Shown here: piece by piece, positions 30,001 to 38,629 of the stretch | Layout: each line of letters begins with the position of its first letter | Position numbering within the stretch: the stretch's first letter is position 1 | Source: a virus | Taxonomy: Duplodnaviria; Heunggongvirae; Uroviricota; Caudoviricetes | Direction: 5' to 3' (one strand) | Length of the DNA stretch: 64,000 nt | Virus record (IMG/VR): IMGVR_UViG_3300009678_000054 | Span: 35,854 to 99,853 of that record | Notes under the pieces: generated by a model | What the model was told of the DNA's origin: nothing | What the model saw: the letters and a program-made list of their open reading frames with translations, nothing else | Databases searched by the model: none | Translations under genes and position numbers: made by a program

Positions 30001-33000
30001 AATGGAAAGTGTAACGCTTAGATTTTATAAATGGAAGATCAGCACCTTCAGGGTCATTATGATTATCGTAATTTGCAAAATTATCAGTTACAAAAGGATT
30101 ACTTCTTAAATCATTATAAGGATAATTTGCAAAATAAATAATTTGAGAATCAAAAAATTCACCATCCTTCACACGTCTATATTGATTCATATCATACAAC
30201 AAACCTTTTGCTACAATAGACTTGTTTCTGAAACGATTACCTCGAACAATTCTGTAACCAACAATACGAGCAGCTTCCTCTGCGCTTACAATACCACCAG
30301 TTATGGCTGCAGTCAGGGCCGCACGCACACTATCATGGTCAACCTTTACACCTATTGGATATACAATATTATTACGAGTGAAATCCTGAGTCGCATTCTC
30401 TCCATCATGAATGTGAGTTATGAACGAATCCGGGAACTTGTGGTGACGAATAGGTAAACCGCACAAATCGCCCCAAATATCAGGGTTATTAGGGTAACGT
30501 TCTGTTGATTCCCAATAAGAAAAATTACCAAACTGATAACAAGTTTCTTCGCATTCTTCGTATTGCTGAAGATCACCGCCTTCAATAGTACCAGTATTAT
30601 AAACTTCCCATCTCTGTCTTTCACAATTCTCTACAGAAAATTCTGTAGGAGTTACAAAAGAACGAAAACAATCATCGCAATCTACCGCATCACCAATAGC
30701 GTTCTTAGGCACAATATACCAGTGATATATTGTATTAGGGTCAAGGTTATTTACTATAAATGTAGAATCTACAGCATTACCTATTAATACAAGAGGGTCG
30801 CCATCGGCTGCTAAGTAAATATCATAGGATGTAGCACATACTACGTCCAGCCAATCTAAAACAACTGTTTCAAAAGAAGGTGTTATAGACCCGTTAATAG
30901 GATACATTAAAGTCGTACAACACGGCACAGAATCACAAGGGTCATCTACAACATAAATCAACACTGACGCTATAGATTCGCAACCTCTAATATCAGTAAC
31001 AGTAAGTTCAAATTCGTATGTACCTGCAGCAGTTAAACCTGTTACATTTGTATATGCTACATTAGGATTTGAAATTACAGGTGTAGCTGGACCTGAAACG
31101 AAATCCCAAAAATAAGAAGCTATACCATCTTCATCAGTTGACGCACTACCGTCTAAATATGAAATAGTAACGGGAAGCGTCACTATCTTATCAGGACCAG
31201 GGTCAGCGATAGGTGCAATATTCGCAGGAACAGTAACATCAAATTGTACTGTATCAACCACTATGTTACCTACTGTATCAATAGCACACAACTGGAATAC
31301 AAATGTACCAGTATCGTATTCATAGAAAAAAGTATTAGCAATACCAGCATTATCTATAATAACAGTTTTAGGACCAGATAACTGAGTCCATGTTATAGAG
31401 ACAATAGGATTTGTACCAGCTATTACTGTACCGTTTAAACCTACAGATGCCAGGTAATTTATAATTTGGTCAGCACCAGCATTCACGCTTGGCGGCGTAC
31501 CTGTGGTTAACGCTGGCGTACAACCAGTATCAGTATGCGGCGTTAATGGACAAGTTTCAGCTTGAACCGAATTGTCTAATGTTAATTCAGGACCAGAATC
31601 CTCACATGGACAATCCGTTTCATTTAAAGCTTCTACTGGAATAGTAATTTGTTCTTCAGGTTCTACTGGTTCAGCACAATCATCGCAATTATTTTCAACA
31701 ATAACATCATCACCTGTTACAATTTCTAAATCACTTTCAATTGCTGGACGACCAGGAATGTGATATACTGGTGATTCCTCACCGTTATTATATATAAACT
31801 GAATACCAAAAGCGTATACTTCATCACGCATATATCCACGGAACTTTGCAACATTGCGTGCATTACGATATACAGCTTCAGGTATAGCAATTGTCTGCCA
31901 CTGAAGTCCTATACCATTAGCTACACGCTGCAAATTAGGCTTGCTAAATTCTTTCAAACTTGCCCAAAACAATATATTATTTGAAGAAGTAACATTTCCT
32001 GCACTCTTGTAAAAAGGAAAACGTTGGAAAATGTCACCTTCAGTTAATCTAACTTCTGCTTCTTCATTGCCTGTGTAATAAATTTTACTTTGTGTTACCG
32101 GGAACGTACCTACTTCAAAGAAAGAAGTAAAATTGTTTATAGTTTTAGCAACAGCTAGTTTATAATACTGATACGGTCCAAACTCATCCAGATTACGAAT
32201 TTCAAGAGCAATTGCTCTATCAGTAGGATAGTCTGTAGCAAACGTAAAATCTTTTGTTCTTATCGGAATAATATTGGTAGAAGATACATAAGATGTACGT
32301 TTATTTCCAAAACGATCAGCAAAAGCAATAAAAAATTGATATACACCTGCTTTATTACTACCACCAGTTACCAGATCAATAAATTCAATACAAGGCGTTG
32401 TAACATTTGGCTGCAAATTCATCTTGTTACAATCAATGTTAATTCCATAAACAGGGTCTTCACAAGGTGGTGTATTAAAAGAAATAATAGTCTTAAATTC
32501 TTTTCTAATAACAAGAGGTTGCGTTACATCGTCATTAGTATATTCAAATTGAACCCAACGTCTCGAATTGAAATCATCACCAAAGAAAATATCAATACCG
32601 CAATCAGTAATACGGTATTCAACAGAATTTATAGGAAAACTCTTGCTGAAATTAAAACAATCCTGATTATCAATTAAATGATATGTACAACAAGGAGATT
32701 GCGTAATCGTCTCCAATGGAGTAGATTCAGCAAGCTTCACAGCAGCACAATCATCACATCCTTTTATAAGACCATCAGAAGCAAAATCACGACAATTCTG
32801 TAAACCAAGTGTTTCACCTATTTCATTTGCCCCGGTTGTTGGGTTTTTCAAAAACCATATAATACGGTTCTGCTCAACAATGTTTACAAAACCAATAACA
32901 TCAAATCCAGAAGGGAAATCTGTGCATAATAGGTTCGATGGTTCATTCTGAATCATAGGAAATCCATTACCATCGAAATCTTCCACGATGGCATTCAAAG

Positions 33001-33091
33001 CATGGCTAAATGACAATTCATCCAATTGCATCGGATGAAAATCAGTAAGCATACCTTTTATTGTGCGAGATACTTCTTTCTTAATCGGCAT
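27083..33091 (-). CDS. giant structural protein (2002 aa) with PKD and FN3 repeats (adhesin / tail or baseplate-associated candidate)
   Basis: PKD signature DGSASTDEDGIASYFWDFVSGP. Big-like segment VNAGADQIINYLASVGLNGTVIAGTNPIVSITWTQLSGP. FN3-like segment VVLDWLDVVCATSYDIYLA..YHWYIVPKN. Confidence 0.6.
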   Translation of the reverse strand: MPIKKEVSRTIKGMLTDFHPMQLDELSFSHALNAIVEDFDGNGFPMIQNEPSNLLCTDFPSGFDVIGFVNIVEQNRIIWFLKNPTTGANEIGETLGLQNCRDFASDGLIKGCDDCAAVKLAESTPLETITQSPCCTYHLIDNQDCFNFSKSFPINSVEYRITDCGIDIFFGDDFNSRRWVQFEYTNDDVTQPLVIRKEFKTIISFNTPPCEDPVYGINIDCNKMNLQPNVTTPCIEFIDLVTGGSNKAGVYQFFIAFADRFGNKRTSYVSSTNIIPIRTKDFTFATDYPTDRAIALEIRNLDEFGPYQYYKLAVAKTINNFTSFFEVGTFPVTQSKIYYTGNEEAEVRLTEGDIFQRFPFYKSAGNVTSSNNILFWASLKEFSKPNLQRVANGIGLQWQTIAIPEAVYRNARNVAKFRGYMRDEVYAFGIQFIYNNGEESPVYHIPGRPAIESDLEIVTGDDVIVENNCDDCAEPVEPEEQITIPVEALNETDCPCEDSGPELTLDNSVQAETCPLTPHTDTGCTPALTTGTPPSVNAGADQIINYLASVGLNGTVIAGTNPIVSITWTQLSGPKTVIIDNAGIANTFFYEYDTGTFVFQLCAIDTVGNIVVDTVQFDVTVPANIAPIADPGPDKIVTLPVTISYLDGSASTDEDGIASYFWDFVSGPATPVISNPNVAYTNVTGLTAAGTYEFELTVTDIRGCESIASVLIYVVDDPCDSVPCCTTLMYPINGSITPSFETVVLDWLDVVCATSYDIYLAADGDPLVLIGNAVDSTFIVNNLDPNTIYHWYIVPKNAIGDAVDCDDCFRSFVTPTEFSVENCERQRWEVYNTGTIEGGDLQQYEECEETCYQFGNFSYWESTERYPNNPDIWGDLCGLPIRHHKFPDSFITHIHDGENATQDFTRNNIVYPIGVKVDHDSVRAALTAAITGGIVSAEEAARIVGYRIVRGNRFRNKSIVAKGLLYDMNQYRRVKDGEFFDSQIIYFANYPYNDLRSNPFVTDNFANYDNHNDPEGADLPFIKSKRYTFHSPDTHFSEPTVGTKLKLETVEYGLSEGYFTKSTQQAQQRFLSDTSYVIALTAGIVAALLQTEEVEEHTYSQRGLITSGLGVASGVLGPFLPFVTGPGAAWIPDTSIDSILHPNRAANINSAHEVTLKTIQGRYKDWYNPIFLATRQPALLPLFPLIFLSRVANFMSRVLAEAKIILDLIESLTPYRDWSAQYHSVGKYNSFDDVPNSGNKIRRISASSYLKGENSIVSEPSDTIPGQFVGTKINNWHRESSLYLRYAGVDFPDAGVSSGITDTSRFTLEDAAVSCDFDKRVNKPISSYYAAIKNFVPDQYGNIFNIEYLPTDSCIFEMDADNDDCRGVYGGDTFINRFAFKTKVPYFLANTFRLPDGTDFNYENFPNLAVPRHYYNNTLGVGSEIDNILDILAIVTPTGAATFMGRPKSIRDCSTNKFFYQNGFIYLYHYGIPYFLVESDVNVDYRHGENLKEKAFYPAQNDLDFWMQEENVPISEDNFYAYNKDYSKQNKETPFSIDGPNFEPSRDCRIEHPNRIIYATDSNWLTYKANDYYDFPLSKGKITSIEGIENGTVLVRTVNSTLVFKAYNLIPIDGDTVQVGTGGVFKNPPQEFAETTLGYVGSQHKAILHTEYGHIWPDAKRGQVFNLAANAANLDEISKNGMKNWFKENLPFRVLRDFQNMPETDIDNSFNGLGICMAFDKRYNRFLLTKRDYKLRNSTTGVEYDPETKTFFRTVDNQPVTVGLGDKRYWKDASWTISYNFFTKSWVSYHSYKPEYYIDAIDFFGSGKDGLWLHNLTNASYQVFYGTLYPFIAEYVTKFEGQLRILNSVEFDTEVRRYQNEYDYVVRSKLPGFNKAIIYNDIYNSGLLNLVKSDKNNLSEVGKYPVRNITNWEIEVAIANYAWRFNQFYNLVKESSEIPRWIFDANNVDKNLNGLAFNYKKGDFDLSRIKGQWFKIRLINDKTSAYKIISKFKIDNLTYSIK

Positions 33092-33093
33092 TA

Positions 33094-34047
33094 TCAGCTA
33101 ATAGTTCTGTCGTAAAATGAATAATAAAATTTATTTCTGCTTCTCATCTTTCTTATTGAATTCACCATTTTTGCAAACGATGGAAGCTTCGCCCAATATC
33201 TTGCCTGACCTAAGTATTTATCATACTGAACTCTGGCATCTTGTAACATTTGCGCAATATTCTGTACAGCAGAATTCCAATATAATTCTTCAAAAAGCTG
33301 AGAATAGATGTAATATTCAACAGCTTTCTCTATATCTTCCTGAACCGGAATCATGGGTAGATCGTTATCATCCATCGGTAATCCGTAATACTGCATGAAT
33401 ATTGAATCATTATCAAACACGGTATGTATAGTACGATTATCGTCAATTGTTACCTCATCAGCTTCACCTCTAAATAAACTTGGACAATCGTTTGTACAAA
33501 AATCCTTATGACGAACATTAGGACTTAAACGAAGCAATATTGGATTTCTGAAAGACGTTACTACATCATCACCATTTACAAAAGTACGAATAACGACTTT
33601 AGTCTCGCCATCATGCTTATGTTCAAACTTACACTTATTCGGACACTCTTTAGTAATTTCAGTTTGATACATGTAAATCCAGGGCTTCTGTTCATTGATA
33701 CTTTGAGTCGATCTAAACGTAGGTGTACATTTATACATCGCATGAAGACGCTTCAAATTCTCTGGTAATTTACCCTTACGGTCCTTTATAGGAATAAGAG
33801 CTTCGCATTCCTGGAACACCGCTTCTCCAAGTTGTTCCATAACATAAGCCACATGTTTGTGAAAGTCACCAGTATCTATCAAGCTCAAAGCATCGTAACT
33901 TGCCAATCTTTTTGAGATACGGTCAAACATAGGTCCGGTGCTTTTAAACTGTAATAGATTTTCTGGATTAATTTTTCCCATTATACTAATTTTTAAATTC
34001 TTTGCGATACTTTTTATTATACAGATTTTCCAACCGACCTTTCTCAA
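33094..34047 (-). CDS. hypothetical protein (317 aa)
   Basis: ORF 3 nt downstream of the next gene. Overlaps the upstream 175-aa ORF by 62 nt, so the true start may be an internal Met. Confidence 0.45.
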   Translation of the reverse strand: MRKVGWKICIIKSIAKNLKISIMGKINPENLLQFKSTGPMFDRISKRLASYDALSLIDTGDFHKHVAYVMEQLGEAVFQECEALIPIKDRKGKLPENLKRLHAMYKCTPTFRSTQSINEQKPWIYMYQTEITKECPNKCKFEHKHDGETKVVIRTFVNGDDVVTSFRNPILLRLSPNVRHKDFCTNDCPSLFRGEADEVTIDDNRTIHTVFDNDSIFMQYYGLPMDDNDLPMIPVQEDIEKAVEYYIYSQLFEELYWNSAVQNIAQMLQDARVQYDKYLGQARYWAKLPSFAKMVNSIRKMRSRNKFYYSFYDRTIS

Positions 34048-34513
34048 TAAAATCAGTTACTTCCCAGGCTGTATAATTCTTTCCATCTCTGAATAAATCC
34101 GATGCTTCTTTTCCTAATTTCTTCATCGCTTTAAATTTGAATACCTCATGATAATGAGCATTGTCAGCCCGGCCAACACGATACCACATTACACGACAAG
34201 AATAACCATCAGTGTGCATATTTGCAAAATAAACATACTTTCCTAGTTTCTTTGTTTCCTTCCAGTTAATCATTGGTTTACTAGGAATGTATTTAGTCAC
34301 ACATAAATAACCCATTCCAAAAGGAATCTTAAAACCATCAATCTCGTTTTTTATAACTTCAGCTACGATTTTATTAGCATGATTAATTATATTCTTACAA
34401 TCGTTATAAGGTAAGGAAATGTTGTGTTTTTTGACAAGGTTTTTTTCGTAGAATTCCTTACCAAAAATGTAATCTCTTTTACCATGACGGCTTACACTAC
34501 CTTTTGCTGGCAT
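33986..34513 (-). CDS. hypothetical protein (175 aa)
   Basis: ORF. Start abuts the stop of the 234-aa gene. Confidence 0.45.
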   Translation of the reverse strand: MPAKGSVSRHGKRDYIFGKEFYEKNLVKKHNISLPYNDCKNIINHANKIVAEVIKNEIDGFKIPFGMGYLCVTKYIPSKPMINWKETKKLGKYVYFANMHTDGYSCRVMWYRVGRADNAHYHEVFKFKAMKKLGKEASDLFRDGKNYTAWEVTDFIEKGRLENLYNKKYRKEFKN

Positions 34514-35217
34514 TATATTTTTTGTGGGTTTGTTTTTTCGTTCTCGTTCATATTTGTCATCTCATCTGTCTGGACTGCTCTATACGATTTTAAAATTTCA
34601 TTAATCGTTCCTGACTTGATGTCCTGAAGCAAATGTTCCGGGGCAACAAATTCAGAATCCAATACGCCAATACAACCTTCATCGCAGTTATCGCAACACT
34701 TATCACAATCCAGGGCCAGAGCCTTACCTTTATCTGTGAACATACCACGCACACGAATACGCTCAACCATCGAATCCGGGATGATAATAAAACCATTCTC
34801 AATCCAAAAATAACGCTTGGATTTATCCTGGAATTCACGACTTCTAGTGTATTTGTATTGTTGGGGAGTGGTTTGCAGATAATCACGGTCGTAGTCTACA
34901 GATGATATATTGATAAGATAACCAAAGCGAGTGCTGTACACTTCAGGTAATTTCTCTTTGGATTTCATTACCTTTTTACAGGAAGGAATATTAACATCGC
35001 AGCAATCTATAAGCTCCCATTCTTCGAGTCTTAGACAAGGGATTGTTACCCATAACTCAGTGTATCTAAAAAGGCGTTTGTCATCAGCTTCACGTTTTAT
35101 AAATAATGCAGCTATACCCTTGAGTTTCATATGGATATATTTGGCCGGAATCCATAAGTCGGGAGCTACTGCTCTGACGCTATTTCGGACATCGCTTATG
35201 ATTTCTCTTACTATCAT
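34513..35217 (-). CDS. Cys-rich hypothetical protein (234 aa)
   Basis: Cys clusters CCDVNIPSC and CDKCCDNCDEGC suggest metal binding. First gene after terminator 35309-35336. Confidence 0.45.
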   Translation of the reverse strand: MIVREIISDVRNSVRAVAPDLWIPAKYIHMKLKGIAALFIKREADDKRLFRYTELWVTIPCLRLEEWELIDCCDVNIPSCKKVMKSKEKLPEVYSTRFGYLINISSVDYDRDYLQTTPQQYKYTRSREFQDKSKRYFWIENGFIIIPDSMVERIRVRGMFTDKGKALALDCDKCCDNCDEGCIGVLDSEFVAPEHLLQDIKSGTINEILKSYRAVQTDEMTNMNENEKTNPQKI

Positions 35218-35308
35218 TTATAACGCAATTTCATTGTAAATTTATGTCTAACCTGCAAAATTATTACATTTTCAGCAGATTGAGAAAATTACAATCAATT
35301 CCGGTTAT

Positions 35309-35336
35309 AAAAAAAGCCCACCTGGAAAAGTGGGCT
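35309..35336 (-). terminator. rho-independent terminator (minus strand) after the HTH-phosphoesterase gene
   Basis: Hairpin gcccacctggaaaagtgggc (35316-35335). On the minus strand it is followed by TTTTTTT. Confidence 0.65.
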
Positions 35337-35357
35337 GAAGTATAACGGAACGACCTT

Positions 35358-36791
35358 TTATAAAACAGTCGTGGTAAACTCACCTATTAGGCCAGTTTGC
35401 GGATTAAAAAGCAGGGCCTTAGCTTGTTTCATACTAGCATAACCTTTAGATTTATGCCAAAAATCAGTACCGGAAAGTGATGGTAATACCTGAACCTGGA
35501 AACCCTGATGCTCATCAACCGATACATGCCACATCTTCTTATTCTTATGAAAGTGACCGAGTTGGGCAAAACGAAACTTCGTGTCGGCCCACAAGCGGGG
35601 TTGCTCAGTTGCAAAGATCAATCCCAGGGATTCATGCTTTTCTTCATTACCGTGCGTAAACTGGAAACCATTTTTACCAAACTGATAATACTTACGAAGC
35701 TTTGGGTCATTATCAATGTTCACCAATTCATTTTTATGATAGAAAGATTCAAGAATTTCCCCCATCATGAATGACGATGTAGTATCATGATTACCAGGCA
35801 CTACTACTACATCAACCGGAGCAATTCTGCTTAGTTCATCAATCATCTCGATCAAAATACGTTTAACAATTTTAATGATCTTCATATATCTACAATCACT
35901 ATCCTGTGGCGTACCATTGAAAGTAGTATTATGACGGTTGTCAATGTTAATCAAGTCATTACCAATTGGTAAAAGAATTCGATCAACAGTGTTTAAATTC
36001 ACACGACTAAGTAGGTCTTTAACCGCTTCCTTAACCCGCTTCTCAGCAATCTTCAGATCATAATCCTCGTCTGTTTCGGCTCTCCAAGCAAGTTTACCGA
36101 AGTGAGGGTCGAAGATACAGATTTCCAATAAGTTAATACTATTTACGTTAACCTGATCGGTGACCACCGGAGCTTTGACCACCGGAGAATACGATTTCAA
36201 TTCTTTTAGAATTGCTTCTTTCTGCTTACCCAAGTCTGTAGAAACTTTCCTACGAGCAAGTTTAGCCTTTACCTGGAAAAGTGGCTCTACAAAGATTTTT
36301 CCGCTATCTTTGACCGCACCAGAAGCGACACCTTTTTCAGTGGTCCAATCAATAAATTTATCCTTTCGACCAACTTCCCACTTGTTAACTTCATACGAAA
36401 TCACTTCCCACTCCTTCTCGTCCACTTCACATGCTTTCAGAAGGTGAGAGAGCGTCTTTATTCGCTTATTTGTAATAATGACTACATCAGCCTCACCATT
36501 GCGTACATTCTCTTTAAACTGCCTTTCTGTGGATTTGTGACCCTCTGAGGTTTCAACCGGGTCATTAGGGACGAGACCTGCTTCACGCAAGGTTCTGTAG
36601 ATTCTTCGAACTTGTTCTGAAGTTACACCGAATTGTTTAGCAACATCGGCGTAACACCCTGGATTACCTCTCTCAATTGGGTTTTCAATGAGATAATTTA
36701 CTATTTGCTGGCGCAAAATAGATTCAATTCTTGTTTTACTCATTCCGTTTATTTTGTTCTGCAAATATACAACAAGTTTTTGAATTATCAA
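35358..36791 (-). CDS. HTH DNA-binding domain fused to calcineurin-like metallophosphoesterase (477 aa); isolated single-gene unit
   Basis: N-terminal HTH GCYADVAKQFGVTSEQVRRIYRTLREAGLV. C-terminal metallophosphatase motifs LPIGNDLINIDNRHN and VVVPGNHDTTS (GNHD/E motif), also LGHFHKN. Bounded by terminators at 35309-35336 and 36806-36836. Confidence 0.65.
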   Translation of the reverse strand: MIIQKLVVYLQNKINGMSKTRIESILRQQIVNYLIENPIERGNPGCYADVAKQFGVTSEQVRRIYRTLREAGLVPNDPVETSEGHKSTERQFKENVRNGEADVVIITNKRIKTLSHLLKACEVDEKEWEVISYEVNKWEVGRKDKFIDWTTEKGVASGAVKDSGKIFVEPLFQVKAKLARRKVSTDLGKQKEAILKELKSYSPVVKAPVVTDQVNVNSINLLEICIFDPHFGKLAWRAETDEDYDLKIAEKRVKEAVKDLLSRVNLNTVDRILLPIGNDLINIDNRHNTTFNGTPQDSDCRYMKIIKIVKRILIEMIDELSRIAPVDVVVVPGNHDTTSSFMMGEILESFYHKNELVNIDNDPKLRKYYQFGKNGFQFTHGNEEKHESLGLIFATEQPRLWADTKFRFAQLGHFHKNKKMWHVSVDEHQGFQVQVLPSLSGTDFWHKSKGYASMKQAKALLFNPQTGLIGEFTTTVL

Positions 36792-36805
36792 ACATCAAAT
36801 GTTAA

Positions 36806-36836
36806 TAAAAACAAAAACCCCCTTAGATAAGGGGGT
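36806..36836 (-). terminator. rho-independent terminator (minus strand) after the 576-aa fibre gene
   Basis: Hairpin cccccttagataaggggg (36818-36835). On the minus strand it is followed by TTTTTGTTTTT. Confidence 0.65.
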
Positions 36837-36885
36837 ATAAAGTGTTTCTGGAAAAAAACCAACAAAAACCAGTACTTTTCGTATT

Positions 36886-38616
36886 TTAACAACTGTTACC
36901 AGTAGGCGCACCTAAAAGACCAGTAACAGAATTAAGATTATAAATAACTGCACTACTTGTTCTTCCAACGAAATCAAATCCGGTGAAAGGTAATGTTTGT
37001 TCAACATCACTGTAAAGAATTGTTACAGTCGGTGTAAGAACTCCTGTATAGAATACTTCTTGTTCAGCTTCACCGCAAATGGTTTCATCATCATTTCCAA
37101 ATCTCATCATATCACCAGTACAGTTAATCGTAACACTGAAGTTATCACTTAATGGATTACCAGGGTCAGCGTTTCCTGCCTCTATACGAATTTCATAAGT
37201 GTTGCCTGGTATAGGATTAAAGCTAAATGAACCAGTTGTGGCCGTACTCAAACTTGCACCCCACGGACCAGGATATGATGCAACACCTCTCCATCCACTG
37301 CTTGCTATAATCGTAGTACCATTTTCACGAATTGAAAATCTATTAGGTCTTTCGAATACTTCGAAATTCAAAGTAACTTCATTAACACCATCGACACAAA
37401 GTGGGAAAAATCCTAAATCAACGTAGTTCAAATTTGCTGTTTCTATACTTATACTGTCACCACATGTAAAACACTCAGTAACATCAATTGTATCAGAGAA
37501 GCTATCTGTACCCGTTGTACAGTTAGTAACATCAAAGCTTACAGTAATACCTGTTCCTAGATCACCAGATGTAGGTGTACCGCCAAATACAACATTTCCA
37601 GCAACTATTGAGATAGTCATCCAACTTGGTTTAACAACATTCGCAAGAACAAATGGAGCAGTACCATTAAGTGACAATGAGAAATTATAAGCACTATCTT
37701 GTTGAGCATCTGGTAAAGGAGCATCATCTATCGTAACATCTGTACAACCTACTCCTGCATCTACGATAACATCTATATTACATGGCGCAATTACGTTAGC
37801 AGTATCAAAAAAGTTCATTGTAAGAGGTATTGTACCATTAGTACCACCACCTGTATAATCAAGAGGGACAATTATTGAAGTAGTAAGAGGATTAACAACT
37901 TGTGTTATACTACCTGTAAATTCACCACCTGCAGAGGTTATGAATACAGTTATAGTACCTGTTCCCGTAACAGTTACGGGTATAGTAACAGTTCCAGAAG
38001 AAGGAGTTCCAAGTACAAATGTTCCATCTACACTTACTGCACCGCATGTAAATAATACAGTAGGTGCTTCTTCCTCACACTCTGCTACTAAATCACAAAA
38101 CTCACTTGGGAATTCATCTCTGATTCTATTAAGCAAACACAAAATATCCAATGACGGAGTAATATGAAAAGCTCCACTTTCGTCTTGAGTAACCGCTATC
38201 TCGATACAATCATTTGTTTCATCAACAAAAACTGTAGCAGGAGTATAAAGACCATCAGCACGTTCTTCAGTCGCTTGACCAACATCATCAGATAGTTTAA
38301 CGTGAGCGTATGGTTTATGTCCAGCCGGGCCATTAGATACCCAACGGATAGAATTAGTTTCCTGACCCTCAAAAGTAATATTCAAACTATTACCTACAAG
38401 ATCATCAAGAGCTTCTAAAATAGTTTCGAGGTCTGTATCACAATTTATACCAAGATTAGGCAAACCAGCAGGGTCAGTACAATTCAGATGATAAAAGACA
38501 CATTGCGCATCTATCTTGTCTTCACATGCGTTATCATTGCCGCACTGATCGCAGAACGGTTGAGTAACCTGGCAATTACATCTTACATTATCTGGTTGTC
38601 CACAAAATTGACACAT
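36886..38616 (-). CDS. tail fibre / receptor-binding protein candidate (576 aa) with Cys-rich N-terminal anchor module
   Basis: N-terminus MCQFCGQPDNVRCNCQ..C.QCGNDNAC is shared with the next gene (38630..39133). T/G/S-rich beta-rich C-terminal body, typical of fibres. Confidence 0.5.
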   Translation of the reverse strand: MCQFCGQPDNVRCNCQVTQPFCDQCGNDNACEDKIDAQCVFYHLNCTDPAGLPNLGINCDTDLETILEALDDLVGNSLNITFEGQETNSIRWVSNGPAGHKPYAHVKLSDDVGQATEERADGLYTPATVFVDETNDCIEIAVTQDESGAFHITPSLDILCLLNRIRDEFPSEFCDLVAECEEEAPTVLFTCGAVSVDGTFVLGTPSSGTVTIPVTVTGTGTITVFITSAGGEFTGSITQVVNPLTTSIIVPLDYTGGGTNGTIPLTMNFFDTANVIAPCNIDVIVDAGVGCTDVTIDDAPLPDAQQDSAYNFSLSLNGTAPFVLANVVKPSWMTISIVAGNVVFGGTPTSGDLGTGITVSFDVTNCTTGTDSFSDTIDVTECFTCGDSISIETANLNYVDLGFFPLCVDGVNEVTLNFEVFERPNRFSIRENGTTIIASSGWRGVASYPGPWGASLSTATTGSFSFNPIPGNTYEIRIEAGNADPGNPLSDNFSVTINCTGDMMRFGNDDETICGEAEQEVFYTGVLTPTVTILYSDVEQTLPFTGFDFVGRTSSAVIYNLNSVTGLLGAPTGNSC

Positions 38617-38629
38617 GAAATTCGTTTTA

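Noticed and set aside
6408-33091. crAss-like virion RNA polymerase among the giant ORFs
   Set aside because: I looked for the DxDGD catalytic motif and related RNAP signatures in the 1223-, 1705-, 2002- and 2508-aa proteins and did not see them. The giant proteins carry PKD/FN3, SLT/YkuD, MTase/zincin-type motifs instead. I cannot exclude a divergent RNAP without profile searches.
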